A stretch of DNA of 64,000 nt. Source: a virus (Duplodnaviria > Caudoviricetes). The position numbers and the translations under genes are program-made. The DNA is taken from positions 1-64,000 of the IMG/VR virus record IMGVR_UViG_3300037400_006004, one strand, 5' to 3'. Under the pieces are notes generated by a model, which saw only the letters and a list, made by a program, of their open reading frames with translations, was not told the DNA's origin and ran no database searches. Of the stretch, positions 48,550 to 59,688 are shown piece after piece (within the stretch, counting starts at the first letter, position 1; the number at the start of each line of letters is the position of its first letter).

Positions 48550-48741
48550 AAGAATCTCCTCCTAATTAAAATTAGGAAGAGGAGCATGCAGACAGGACTG
48601 TATACAAGGCCTACAATATTTTAGGGTTTAAAGAGTGATATAAGCGACAGTCTAACTCCTTTCCATCTTTATAATATATATTTAATAATTTTCTATATAA
48701 ACAACAAACCAATATTATGTTTATATAAAGAAGGTGAGATT

Positions 48742-50352
48742 ATGCAAAAAGCAATAGATATTATTAAAGAAAGATATCAGGATCAAATTAATATATATGA
48801 ATATTTCAATCCTTATAGACTTAAAGAAAACGTAGAACCTTTTATGGGAGGATTTCCAATTATTTTTATGACAACTCCTTCTATGACTGTTTATGAAAAT
48901 GGTGAAGTTCCAGAAACACTATTAAATGCAAATCCATTATTTGCATTACTTGCAGAAAATGACCCTTACATTTTAAAACAGTTACAATATTCTTTTGGAG
49001 GTTCAACTTCTGCATTTATTAAATTAGTAACAAATAGATTTAAAGGTATTACATTAAAAGATTTTAATATGAGAACTGTTGATGAACATGAAAACTATTA
49101 TGGTTGGAAACAAATATTACCAGCTTCTACTGTTGATAACTTTACAGCAGAATCTTCATTAACTATAAATTTTTCAGAGTCTAAAAATTTAGATATGACT
49201 AAACTATTTTATGCTTGGATGAATTATATTGAAGTTGTAAGATATGGTTTACATGAACCTAGAAAAGTAACTAGAGATAGCAGAATATTAGATTTTACTT
49301 CATCAATATATTTCTTTTTATTAGATTTTGATATGCGTACTATTTTATATTTTTGTAAATATACTGGTGTATATCCTACTAATGTACCATTAAGTAGTTT
49401 AATTATGAGTGATATTACTTCTAGAGGACCAGTAGAAACTTCAATGACTTTTACATATCAATATAAAGAAGAAATGAATCCACAAATAATTTATGATTTT
49501 AATGCAGTAGCAGGTTATCCTGCTTCTATTTATGCTGATACAGCAAAAGGTGATACATCACCTTCATCTTATTATGGAGATTTCAAAAATTTTAATCCAG
49601 AAAAAGATAAGATTGAAGTATCAAGTAGTGATAATGATCCAACTAATAGAATTCTAGATGATGGTAGAGATTTTCTATATAATAAAAAATTTAGTACTAT
49701 ACAAATAAGAACTATGACTGAAGGTAAATATGATACTCAAAGTCAAACTGCTTTTAATTCAGCAGAAAATAATACTAAAAGAACACTTGTTATGGAATTC
49801 TTAGATAATAATGAAATGCCTAGTGCTTCTGATAGTGATTTAAGTTCTTTAGTTGAAAATATGAAGAGCCAAAAATATTTAGATCTTAAACGAAGAATAA
49901 AAGCAGATGCAGTTAATATTATGGGTGAACTATCTACTGGTCTTGTCGGAACTGCCACTAAAAAACAGTATAATGATTACATTGAAGACACTAAGAAAAA
50001 ATTAGGAATAGATAATGAATCATTAGACAAAATTAAAGGTGAATATAAAGCTAAAGTTGAAGCAGGTGAAATAACTCAAGAGGAATATGATGCTAAGTTA
50101 GAAGAACTACAAACTTGGGCTGATAAAAAAGTTAAAGATAATGTATTAGACTATTTAACTTATAAAGGTAGTGCTGAATTTAAAAATACAGTTAGACAAG
50201 CTAACTATATGAAGATGATTGAAAATTATACTAAAATGGGTATGGCTATTCCTAGTATGGCTGAGTTTTATGCAAATAAACGTTCAGAAAATTCAGAAAA
50301 AGCTGATAAAGCATCTGATGATTTTTTGAAATATTTTTATGGAATGATTTAA
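48742..50352 (+). CDS. Tail-tube-fold baseplate protein (gp48/gp54-like) with C-terminal extension
   Basis: FYAWMNYI, KYTGVYPTNVPLSSL...ETSMTFTYQY; late promoter 48703-48714. Confidence 0.55.
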   Translation: MQKAIDIIKERYQDQINIYEYFNPYRLKENVEPFMGGFPIIFMTTPSMTVYENGEVPETLLNANPLFALLAENDPYILKQLQYSFGGSTSAFIKLVTNRFKGITLKDFNMRTVDEHENYYGWKQILPASTVDNFTAESSLTINFSESKNLDMTKLFYAWMNYIEVVRYGLHEPRKVTRDSRILDFTSSIYFFLLDFDMRTILYFCKYTGVYPTNVPLSSLIMSDITSRGPVETSMTFTYQYKEEMNPQIIYDFNAVAGYPASIYADTAKGDTSPSSYYGDFKNFNPEKDKIEVSSSDNDPTNRILDDGRDFLYNKKFSTIQIRTMTEGKYDTQSQTAFNSAENNTKRTLVMEFLDNNEMPSASDSDLSSLVENMKSQKYLDLKRRIKADAVNIMGELSTGLVGTATKKQYNDYIEDTKKKLGIDNESLDKIKGEYKAKVEAGEITQEEYDAKLEELQTWADKKVKDNVLDYLTYKGSAEFKNTVRQANYMKMIENYTKMGMAIPSMAEFYANKRSENSEKADKASDDFLKYFYGMI

Positions 50353-50368
50353 AAGGAGGGATTAAATT

Positions 50369-53300
50369 ATGGCTGTTGATGTTACTAATAAAATACCAAC
50401 TGTTGAATACAGTGATCCTTCTGTAGATACTAATGCTAAATCAATTATTAAAATTAATTCAACTAACTATAACGTGTATGATAATTGGTTTGATTTTATT
50501 AAAAAATATTTTGGTGTAGATCAAGTAGGAAATCCTTATATTAATACATTAAAGTCTTCATTCTTTGGTTACTTTAATGAACTTGCTTCAAGTGAAATTA
50601 AAAATGCAGTATATCATAGAAATTTCTTATATGATGAACATTTTTTAAATACTGCTATACTTCCTGAAAGCATTTATAATTTTGCTAAGCAGTTTAACGT
50701 TCCTATTGATACTGCAACACCAGCTACTATGTTTTTAAAAATCGGTGTTACAGAAGAAAGTTTAACTTCAAGTTCTCTTTTAAGAGAAATATCAATAGAT
50801 AATGAAAATACAAATAAAAATGCAAATACTTTAAAACTTTATACACTTACATTTACCAGAGATAATACTTTATTTACTGTAGGTAATTATAATTTTTCAT
50901 TAGCTTATCCTATTATATTAACTATACAACAAATAAGCGATGAAGATGATAACTATTCTTATAGCTATGCAGTTAATTATGATACTACAGCAGAGCATTA
51001 TCCTTTTGTTGAAGCAACAGGTTCTTTACCATTCTTAAAAGTTTGGAAAGAAAATGTAAATGGTGTTGATTTTGTATATATTGGATTCCAAGTATATCAA
51101 TTTGAAAAGAGAACTCATGAAGTTCTTATTACTACTTCAGAAGGAAACCCAGATACATTATATCATACTTTTAATTTTGATGATCAGTTAGCATTCTTTG
51201 ATGCTAAATATGAATTTAATGGAAAAATTGCTGATTTACATCTATATTTTAATAATATCTATGTACCAACAGAACAAGAATATTTTGCATATTATACTTA
51301 TTTAAACGATAATTGTATTCAGATGTCTTTTTCATCAGATCAAATAACTGGTTTTAAACCTTCACCTGGTTCTACTATTTATTTTAGAACTTATACTACA
51401 TTAGGTGAAGAAGGAAACTTTGACTATACTGGTGGAGTATCTATGAAATTTACTAATAATACGTCATATAGTTATCTTGATTTCTCTTGTGAAACATTAG
51501 TTAATGGTTCATCTGGCGGTAAAAATAGATTAGATACTTTTGGACAGAAAACTAAAATTCTTGAAAGAATTACTACCAGAAATAATATTATTACCGATAA
51601 TGATTTACTTAAATTCTTTGATTCAGTTAATGAATCTTTAAATATTAATGGAAGTACCATTCAATTTTTAAAGAAACAAGATGATGTTATTAAAAGAATT
51701 TATTGTAATTTCTTACTTTTAAGAGATGAAAATAAACGTGTAATTCCTACTAATACAGCACCACATCTTAAAATTAAAGCATCAGATTTATTGCCTGTTG
51801 GAGATAGTGTTGCTAGTAATAAAGGTTCTAAAACAAAAAATAAATTTGTTCTTAAAGAGCATTCAATTATTAAATGTAATTACGTAAGAGATATTCCAAA
51901 TTATAATCCTTTAACTACTGATCCAGATTTAGTTGTAGATAATTTTGAAGATTATTTCGATAAAGATGATAATATAAGATATTCTCAAGATTATATTAAA
52001 TATATACTTGATAATAATTATTTCCAATCTATTATAGATACTAAAAAAGATTCTTATGAAATTGCTTTAGATAATCTTGAAAGTATATATGATATTATGA
52101 AATTTTTTGAAGTAGAAAATGATGAATTAGTATATACTTTACCATTTATGATTTCTATTGAAAAAGAACCTTTCCTTAAAGCTACTTATTATAATATGGA
52201 TATCAATACTAATGTACAACTTAACTATAAATATTTAAATAGTAAAGTAGGTGCATCATTTAATATTAGCACTCTTTCTATAGAAAAAGATATAAATCCA
52301 ACAGCTACTAATAAATATTCTTTAGATTCTAATGTATATAAATTATCATTTAATTTAAATACTAATTTAAGTTATAGTGATTTAAAGAATAGAGTTGTTG
52401 TTAAATGTATTTTAACAGATGCTAAAGAAACTAAAACATTTGGACATTTCTTCTTCAAATTAAAAGATGTTGAAACTAATAAAGATGGTGTAGTAAGTTA
52501 TTCTTATAAGTATGAAGCTGAACTTGCCACAGACTATACATTTGATAGTGGTATGCTTAATATGTATAATTGTCTTTACAAGAATTCTTCAACTTCAGAT
52601 AATTTTAGAAGTCAGCTTTATAGAACAGTTCCTATTGAAGAAGACATCTGTTTCCAGATTGGTATTCTTTATTATGATAAAAATCAAGCACAAACACAGA
52701 CTAAAGAAGAAAAGGATGACTGGTATTATCCTTTCCCAATAGGATTTATTCAAACTATTGAAGATCCAGTTGATATAATTAATGCTGGTACTGGCGGAAT
52801 ACCTTTTGAAACTTGTGAAAATTTAACAGATCAATCTAACTATTATGATGAAGGAACTGATAAAACTAAATGGGTTGGTTATAAAAATGTAGATTCTGTT
52901 TTATTCCTTCCAGTAGATGAAGATGCTTCAAATGGTAGCGGTACTTTAAATAATAATTATGAATTTTATGAAGATGGTCCATTTGATTGGAATGTTATTA
53001 TAGATGATAAACAACCTTATAAAAATTCTATTGGTAAAGTAGAATATTTCTTAAACGAACATAATTTACTTGATGGAAAGATTATCATTAAAATTAAAGA
53101 TACCTATCCAGTAGATAATCCAGACGCTGATACTAATCATTTAAAGTTAGAAGGTTATGCTAAAATAGCAATTCCTAATTTTGTTTTAGATGTTCATAAT
53201 TATACTATTGAAATTGGACATAAATTATTTTATGATGAAGCATTAACTAATTTTGGAAATACTAATGATAATATTAATATTAATAAAACATTTGATAGAG

Positions 53301-54541
53301 ATGGTAATAAATATATAACATTTACTATTAAAAGTATAATTCGTTTAGAAGATGATCAAGATGTAAGTTATGTAAAACTTATTGCTGAAGAACAACCAGA
53401 TGAAAATGCAACGTCTAATGACACATCAACATATAGAAGAGTTATAGATATTGTAAATATGAAAGGACAATTAGGTTATAGTATTTTACAGCATGTTAAA
53501 TATATGGATAGATTAGCAGTAATGTTTTATAATGCACGTAGATCTGAAACTCTTCCTAATGATAATAGCACAGAAAATCCAGTAGATATATCTCAATTAT
53601 CAATTCAATCAGCTATTTTAACTAGAACTGATAGTGATATTGATAATAATGCTGATTCTAGAGATAATATTGATAACTATGTATTAGCTACTGTTCTTAA
53701 TAACTCTAATACAGTAAAAATGTATCAAAATATGTCTAGTATTATGAGCTCAATAGTTCTTTATGATGAAGAAAATGATGAATTTGATATTGAGTTAGTT
53801 CCTATGATTTCATTAAGATACTATATGGCTAGACCTAAAATGATTTATGATTTACTTACTAAGTTTATAGATATTGTTGATAGTTTACTACCTAGACTTG
53901 AAAATAATACTAATTGTGATATGAAATTCTATAATACTTACGGTCCTTCAAGATATTTCTATTTTAGTAAAGAAGCTATTACTGAAACAAAATATGTTGA
54001 TGCTGAAACAGATGAAGAAGTTGATGTTAATGGTGATGATTTCAATCCTTATAGAAGTACAGTAGTATCTACTAATAATTATACTAAATATAATTATCTA
54101 GGTAGAACCGATATTATTCTTGATTTTACAATTTTTGTAAATGAAAGTGTTACTAATCAAAAGGACGAAGAAATTAAAAAATATATTTCTGACTTTGTAG
54201 AAGCTTCTAATGATGAACTAATACTTCCAATTTCTAATTTAATTACTTCACTTCAAAATAATTTCCCAATTATCAAGTATATTAAATATAATGGTGTATT
54301 TAGTGATATTGTAGATAGTAATAATTCATCAAAAAATAATGATTATCAATTAATCGATAATGATTTTGATTTTAATGCAATGACTAAAGATGAAATTAGA
54401 GTATATGTTCCAGAATATCTTAATGTAAAGAAATCTGTTGTTAAGGAAAATGAAGATACTATTAAATATACTAATGATATATTTGATCTTCTTAGATATT
54501 CTACTTATGATTATGTAATTAATATCACATATAAATTATAA
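50369..54541 (+). CDS. Baseplate wedge protein, T4 gp6-like
   Basis: HFLNTAILPESIYNFAK..ATPA; YTTLGEEGN; SSGG...RNNIITDNDL. Confidence 0.7.
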   Translation: MAVDVTNKIPTVEYSDPSVDTNAKSIIKINSTNYNVYDNWFDFIKKYFGVDQVGNPYINTLKSSFFGYFNELASSEIKNAVYHRNFLYDEHFLNTAILPESIYNFAKQFNVPIDTATPATMFLKIGVTEESLTSSSLLREISIDNENTNKNANTLKLYTLTFTRDNTLFTVGNYNFSLAYPIILTIQQISDEDDNYSYSYAVNYDTTAEHYPFVEATGSLPFLKVWKENVNGVDFVYIGFQVYQFEKRTHEVLITTSEGNPDTLYHTFNFDDQLAFFDAKYEFNGKIADLHLYFNNIYVPTEQEYFAYYTYLNDNCIQMSFSSDQITGFKPSPGSTIYFRTYTTLGEEGNFDYTGGVSMKFTNNTSYSYLDFSCETLVNGSSGGKNRLDTFGQKTKILERITTRNNIITDNDLLKFFDSVNESLNINGSTIQFLKKQDDVIKRIYCNFLLLRDENKRVIPTNTAPHLKIKASDLLPVGDSVASNKGSKTKNKFVLKEHSIIKCNYVRDIPNYNPLTTDPDLVVDNFEDYFDKDDNIRYSQDYIKYILDNNYFQSIIDTKKDSYEIALDNLESIYDIMKFFEVENDELVYTLPFMISIEKEPFLKATYYNMDINTNVQLNYKYLNSKVGASFNISTLSIEKDINPTATNKYSLDSNVYKLSFNLNTNLSYSDLKNRVVVKCILTDAKETKTFGHFFFKLKDVETNKDGVVSYSYKYEAELATDYTFDSGMLNMYNCLYKNSSTSDNFRSQLYRTVPIEEDICFQIGILYYDKNQAQTQTKEEKDDWYYPFPIGFIQTIEDPVDIINAGTGGIPFETCENLTDQSNYYDEGTDKTKWVGYKNVDSVLFLPVDEDASNGSGTLNNNYEFYEDGPFDWNVIIDDKQPYKNSIGKVEYFLNEHNLLDGKIIIKIKDTYPVDNPDADTNHLKLEGYAKIAIPNFVLDVHNYTIEIGHKLFYDEALTNFGNTNDNININKTFDRDGNKYITFTIKSIIRLEDDQDVSYVKLIAEEQPDENATSNDTSTYRRVIDIVNMKGQLGYSILQHVKYMDRLAVMFYNARRSETLPNDNSTENPVDISQLSIQSAILTRTDSDIDNNADSRDNIDNYVLATVLNNSNTVKMYQNMSSIMSSIVLYDEENDEFDIELVPMISLRYYMARPKMIYDLLTKFIDIVDSLLPRLENNTNCDMKFYNTYGPSRYFYFSKEAITETKYVDAETDEEVDVNGDDFNPYRSTVVSTNNYTKYNYLGRTDIILDFTIFVNESVTNQKDEEIKKYISDFVEASNDELILPISNLITSLQNNFPIIKYIKYNGVFSDIVDSNNSSKNNDYQLIDNDFDFNAMTKDEIRVYVPEYLNVKKSVVKENEDTIKYTNDIFDLLRYSTYDYVINITYKL

Positions 54542-54589
54542 AAAAAAAGAGATAGGATGTACAGTCCTATCTCTTTTTTTTAAACCCTA

Positions 54590-54904
54590 TTATCCCATAT
54601 ATTCTTCGGGATAGAAAGCCTTCAGGATATTCTCCTGAAACCAGCTTTCAGGGTAAACACCTAAAGTTTTTAAAAGCTTTGGTGTTTCTTCATCTTTGAT
54701 TTCGTCGGGCCATTCCTGGAACTGATAGCCATAGAAGCCGAAACCTCTACGAATATCTTCTGAGGAAGGATACACCCCTCCAAAATGGTCTCTAGACTGC
54801 ATTGGCATTCCAGAGACAACTAACCGTGCAATATATACACGGTTAGATTCATCTACCTGCAGATGAAGACTGCAGGTTTCTGACATCGTTATAGTTTTAT
54901 CCAT
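54590..54904 (-). CDS. Early hypothetical protein (elevated GC)
   Basis: AAGGAGG RBS; TGTATTAT upstream; terminator 54548-54574. Confidence 0.6.
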   Translation of the reverse strand: MDKTITMSETCSLHLQVDESNRVYIARLVVSGMPMQSRDHFGGVYPSSEDIRRGFGFYGYQFQEWPDEIKDEETPKLLKTLGVYPESWFQENILKAFYPEEYMG

Positions 54905-55054
54905 AATATACCTCCTTATGGATTCTCACTGGGTTAAGTTTACTATGATGTGAGAAATCAATAGTAACTTTTTTTACATAATAATAATACATATTTAGAA
55001 ATATACTTTAAAACAAAAAGTTATAATTTTTATAGAAAAGTGAGGTGTATTGAA

Positions 55055-55903
55055 ATGCAACATTTTCATGAGGAAAAAATTTTAAGTACTTATAATACTA
55101 AAGCTGCTCAAAAAAGAAGAGAGCGTGCTGCTAAAACACAGGAATTGTTAGAGTCATTTGATGCTTTAAGAGAGACAGATGATATAATTGAAGCTAGAAA
55201 AGAAAAAGCTTTAAAGGAAAGTATGTATCAAACATTTGCTACTAGAAGACAAATGGAAAGAAATAATACATATGAATTAAATCAAAAGAATAATTATATT
55301 AATGAACAGATTGATAATCTCGCTAGAGATTTATTCTTCTATACTGTTTATGAATCTCTCTTAGTTGATGAACCAATTAAAAATGCTAATTATCAATATA
55401 TTCGTGAACACACTAATGAATTCTATGATCTTTGTAATAAAAATCAAATGATTTCAGTTAAAGAAGATAGTGGATTTGATGATATTCTTCAAACTGGTAT
55501 TTATATGCTTAAGGAAGAATTAATTGATAATAACAGTTGTGATTTAGGTAGAGTACTTCAAGAAACAGTTGAGAAAGAGAATTTCTTAACTTTCTATGCA
55601 ATAGAATCTATTAAATTTAAGACTGCTGAGAGTCTTAAGAATGAGAAGCAAGCTTCTATTTTAAAGGAACAGTTAATTAGCGAAGACAAGTATGTTGATC
55701 CTTCTAAGTCTTTATTTAGATATCTTTTTGAAAATAATATTAGAGATACTATTGATAAAACAAATGTAACTGAACCTGAAAGCCTACAAGATATGGCTAT
55801 GCTAGAAACTATTCTAGATTACACTATTATGGAAGCTGCAAATACTCTACAGCTAGTTGAATTTACTAATCTTAAGTCTATTTGCAATAGTAAATCTAAT
55901 TAA
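55055..55903 (+). CDS. Hypothetical late protein
   Basis: Late promoter 55012-55023; terminator 55909-55938. Confidence 0.6.
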   Translation: MQHFHEEKILSTYNTKAAQKRRERAAKTQELLESFDALRETDDIIEARKEKALKESMYQTFATRRQMERNNTYELNQKNNYINEQIDNLARDLFFYTVYESLLVDEPIKNANYQYIREHTNEFYDLCNKNQMISVKEDSGFDDILQTGIYMLKEELIDNNSCDLGRVLQETVEKENFLTFYAIESIKFKTAESLKNEKQASILKEQLISEDKYVDPSKSLFRYLFENNIRDTIDKTNVTEPESLQDMAMLETILDYTIMEAANTLQLVEFTNLKSICNSKSN

Positions 55904-55944
55904 TTATAAATCCCTAATACCTTTTAGGTATTAGGGATATTTTA

Positions 55945-56775
55945 TTAAATATAAATATGGTATCTAATATTAAAGGATGATAATAACTTCTTAGAAAGAG
56001 AAATTTCGTCAAATGTTAATCTACTTGCAAGAGTAATACTATTAGTGTCAATATCAGTAATTAAACCAGATTGACCGATTTCACAATATGCTAACACTAA
56101 ACCAATTTCACTAAAAGATTTACCAATTAAATCATAAGAACCAATGCTAAATTTAATAATATACTCAACTTCAAAATTTTCAGTATTAATCTTTAATTCA
56201 GAATTAGTTGTATTAATAGCTTTACAATAATAATTATCTTGATCCTGAAAGCTTGCTGGAGAGAAATACTTAATAGTACTATTAGCATCTCTAATAATAT
56301 AATCTTGATTAAAAGATTCTGAATTAATATTAATAAATTCATCAATATTTTGATAACTTCCTGCTGTATTTAATAAAGTTCCTCCTGCATCTGCAACAGA
56401 AATCATAGGAACTGGAATAAAGCTAGTAGTATTATTATCTAAATCAGGTGTTTCAATAAAATTATCAGTAGGTGAAGGAACTCTTAAAATACTGGGATTA
56501 CTAATATTAGCTCCATTGTTACCAAACATAAAACCGCATATAGTTGGTACATAATTTTCTTTACCTTCTGTTTTTTCAGGAAGATAAGTACCTGCAACTG
56601 TTTGAAGAATTTTTTCATCTTTGAAAAGATTATATAAAATAGCAAGTCTTGTTGATAAAAGAATTAAATTATTTATTTTTTTAATTAAATTTCCTTTATC
56701 ATCAAAAATTTCTACCATACCTCTTATTGGTTTATGTTCTAAATCATATTCTCTAAAATTAAGTGGTGATGACAT
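55945..56775 (-). CDS. Putative baseplate/tail-fibre attachment protein
   Basis: SEIGLVLA...LASRLTFDEI...IRYHIYI; late promoter 56806-56817. Confidence 0.5.
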   Translation of the reverse strand: MSSPLNFREYDLEHKPIRGMVEIFDDKGNLIKKINNLILLSTRLAILYNLFKDEKILQTVAGTYLPEKTEGKENYVPTICGFMFGNNGANISNPSILRVPSPTDNFIETPDLDNNTTSFIPVPMISVADAGGTLLNTAGSYQNIDEFININSESFNQDYIIRDANSTIKYFSPASFQDQDNYYCKAINTTNSELKINTENFEVEYIIKFSIGSYDLIGKSFSEIGLVLAYCEIGQSGLITDIDTNSITLASRLTFDEISLSKKLLSSFNIRYHIYI

Positions 56776-56880
56776 AATAAAACCTTCTTTCAATATAGTT
56801 TTTTATAATATTAAGTTAGTTTTATATTTAAATGTAAAACTAACATATTTGTATAATAAACTATTTAAGGAGAAAAATTA

Positions 56881-57507
56881 ATGGGTATTGCTGAAAAAAC
56901 GGTAAGAAAGAAAAATGAAAAAATAAAAAAAGCGAATGTAACTATTATTGATTATAATGATGATGCACTTTATTATGATCGAGAATCAAAAGAGCATTTA
57001 AAAGCTGTATCTATTGGTATTGGTATAGATCAATGTATTGAACCTCAAATGAGACCTAGAAAAGGTGGATTTGGTAATTTGTATGATCCATTGGAGAAAT
57101 ACAAGAATATATTAAGAGAAAAAGTAAAAGAACAATTGGAAATAAATAATATAAAAATTGATATAAGTGAAGATAAATATATTAAAAGTACAATTGTAGT
57201 AATTAAAGAACCTCCATCAACTCTTACTAAAAAAGAAAAGTTATACGCTTTACTAGGAAAATTTAAATTTAATAAAAAACCAGATATTGATAACTGTGTA
57301 AAAACTATTTATGATAGCTTCGAAAAAATATTCTTTTTTAATGATAGCCAAGTAACTACAGAAACTTTTACAAAAAGATATGGTACACATGATTTTACTA
57401 AAATATATTTAGATATATTTGATCAACCAAAAATTACTGGAAGACTTACTAAAAAAGAATTAGAGAAATATCCAGAAGAAATCATAAATTATATAAATAA
57501 TACTTAA
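56881..57507 (+). CDS. rusA: RusA-family Holliday junction resolvase
   Basis: PQMRPR; KKPDIDNCVKTIYDS...NDSQV. Confidence 0.8.
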   Translation: MGIAEKTVRKKNEKIKKANVTIIDYNDDALYYDRESKEHLKAVSIGIGIDQCIEPQMRPRKGGFGNLYDPLEKYKNILREKVKEQLEINNIKIDISEDKYIKSTIVVIKEPPSTLTKKEKLYALLGKFKFNKKPDIDNCVKTIYDSFEKIFFFNDSQVTTETFTKRYGTHDFTKIYLDIFDQPKITGRLTKKELEKYPEEIINYINNT

Positions 57508-57531
57508 AAATATGGAAGGAATGACTTAATT

Positions 57532-58008
57532 ATGGCAAATAATTTAGATGAACTTTTTACTGATGAAGATAGAAATGAGTTAGAACAAATTCAAAAAATG
57601 AGAAAAAATATTCTTAAGAATATTGGAATTGCTAATTTTATTGATCTTATTAGAAATCTTATTGATGATTCAGAGCATTATGAATTTACTTCAGCTGCTA
57701 AACGAAAATTTATTAGTATTAATACACCAATTTTTACTATTAGAAAAAAAGATTTTGTCTATAATGAAAAAGATTATAGAACTCAAGGAAATAAAGATGA
57801 TAAGATTAATGAAATTACTAAAGAAATCACTAAAGAAATTTTAGATAAAACTACTACAGCTATTCTTAATATCATTAATAGTGATGAAGAACTTAAAAAA
57901 ATTTATGGAGATATTAATGAAACTTTAAGAGGACTTATGTGGACTACTGTATTTGAAATTAGAGTTTCATTACAAGATAATATCATTTATATGAGATATT
58001 GTATTTAA
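57532..58008 (+). CDS. Hypothetical protein
   Basis: 158 aa, co-oriented with rusA. Confidence 0.6.
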   Translation: MANNLDELFTDEDRNELEQIQKMRKNILKNIGIANFIDLIRNLIDDSEHYEFTSAAKRKFISINTPIFTIRKKDFVYNEKDYRTQGNKDDKINEITKEITKEILDKTTTAILNIINSDEELKKIYGDINETLRGLMWTTVFEIRVSLQDNIIYMRYCI

Positions 58009-58226
58009 AATTCTTAGAAAAGATAATCTAAATGCAATTAATAGATTTATAGATTCTTATAATCTAGATATTTCTTGTAATAAGTAAGGCTATTAAGTGG
58101 TATTGCACTTGAAAATTACCAGAATGTGATTATATATATTTTATTAAAGGACGGTCTAAATCAAGAAGTTATATTGTTGAAATGTAGTAGCTAAAACTAC
58201 ATATACCAAGTCTTTAAAAAATAAAA

Positions 58227-58263
58227 ATTATTCCCTATAGGTTTAAAACCTATAGGGAATAAT
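58227..58263. terminator. Bidirectional terminator (CCCTATAGG family)
   Basis: ATTATTCCCTATAGGT / ACCTATAGGGAATAAT. Confidence 0.8.
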
Positions 58264-58423
58264 TTAGAAATATTAACCCAACCAGTAACATACTTATCAA
58301 AAGGAATTTTACCCACATACTCAATAGTATTAGTTATTCTATTTCTCTTTGTACTTCATTATAATCATATCCAGCTTCAGTAAGAAGTCTTCTTCTTTTT
58401 TCGCCATTACTCCATTTACCTTC

Positions 58424-59143
58424 CTATATTTCGTTAGCAATTTCTTCAACAAGTTTTTCAGATTTAATTGATTGATGATTTGGATCAGCAAAAGAAACAC
58501 CAATAATTTTTGGATAATCTTTAAAAGAGTAATCCGTATATACTGCTCCACATTTGTCACATCCTGGAATTTTTCCAGATCTAGTGCATTCGGAAGTATT
58601 ACCAATAATAGCATACTGCCAACAACTCCATTCATTAGGAGAACAATTACCCATAGAAGTTGACCATTTTGCTAACCATTTTTCATATGGAATTTCAGCC
58701 ATATTAAATCTATTAATAGCTGAATAGGAAGTATATATACCTGCTTTATAGCCAGCAGCTTCTACTGTTTTACACCAATTATTAACCATATTAGTTAATG
58801 TAGCTTTACTAACACCATTTACTAAAGATGTCTTAGGATCTTCAACATCATAATAGCATGGGAATGAGAATTTCTTTTCTTTAATTACAGAAAGAAATGC
58901 ATTAGCTTCTACAATACCATCTTCAGGAGTATTTGCATAACTAAACCAATAACAACCTACTTCTAATCCTGCTTCAGTTGCTTTCTTATAATATTCTTCA
59001 AATCTATTATCTTTTTGGCTAGCAACTCTACCATAACCTGTTCTAAGAATGACAAAATTGTATCCTCCTGCTTTTAATTTTTTAAAATTTACAGTTCCAT
59101 TCCACTGTGAGAGGTCTACACCATTATATAAGATATCTGACAT
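58424..59143 (-). CDS. GH25 muramidase endolysin, truncated by TAG inside a CW_7 repeat
   Basis: GVDLSQWNG, YYDVED, WQY; past the TAG the frame continues EGKWSNGEKRRRLLTEAGYDYNEVQ to 58334. Confidence 0.88.
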   Translation of the reverse strand: MSDILYNGVDLSQWNGTVNFKKLKAGGYNFVILRTGYGRVASQKDNRFEEYYKKATEAGLEVGCYWFSYANTPEDGIVEANAFLSVIKEKKFSFPCYYDVEDPKTSLVNGVSKATLTNMVNNWCKTVEAAGYKAGIYTSYSAINRFNMAEIPYEKWLAKWSTSMGNCSPNEWSCWQYAIIGNTSECTRSGKIPGCDKCGAVYTDYSFKDYPKIIGVSFADPNHQSIKSEKLVEEIANEI

Positions 59144-59268
59144 AAAAAATCACTCCTAAACAAAATAAAATAAATTATTGTTGGATGTAAGAAAATTATA
59201 TAAAACTTAAGTAAAATATGAAAAAAAAATATGAGAGAACCCTATAAAGAGTTCTCTCATACTCGCTC

Positions 59269-59574
59269 TTACATGGTAAACACTTTTGTAAGAACGATAT
59301 AAAAGTTTTCGATGAGGCTACGAAAAGTGATAGTAGCCTCAACTATGTATAAGAATGGAAGAATCATAAACAACATTGATCCGTCCAAGAAGAAAACTGC
59401 TATCTTCCTTAACAGTTTTCCGAAGCCAATCTTATTGGCTTTGTCGCCATAGATACCTATGGCGACAATTGCTATTGCAAGACCCATAAGGCCGACTGCA
59501 ATAGCAGCGTAAAATGATGCTGATGAGGCAAATGCAATTGCCTCATCAGCATCATTGAAAAATGAAATTTTCAT
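59269..59574 (-). CDS. Early membrane protein (2 TM)
   Basis: Two hydrophobic segments; TGTATTAT upstream; terminator 59231-59260. Confidence 0.6.
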   Translation of the reverse strand: MKISFFNDADEAIAFASSASFYAAIAVGLMGLAIAIVAIGIYGDKANKIGFGKLLRKIAVFFLDGSMLFMILPFLYIVEATITFRSLIENFYIVLTKVFTM

Positions 59575-59688
59575 GCTATCGTCTCCTTTCTTGTCCTTGT
59601 CCGTATTAGTTGATAGCACAATTATAATACATTTTTAAGCTATTAATTTGTTACGGTTTTCTCTTTTTCTAAAATAATCTGAAGAATC

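Noticed and set aside
48321-48644. MITE or invertible segment bounded by 13-bp inverted repeats
   Set aside because: No target-site duplication or recombinase seen; both repeats lie inside one promoter-terminator unit, so RNA pairing is the simpler explanation
58010-58225. ncRNA in the gap after 57532..58008
   Set aside because: Only one short hairpin and broken reading frames; looks like a gene remnant
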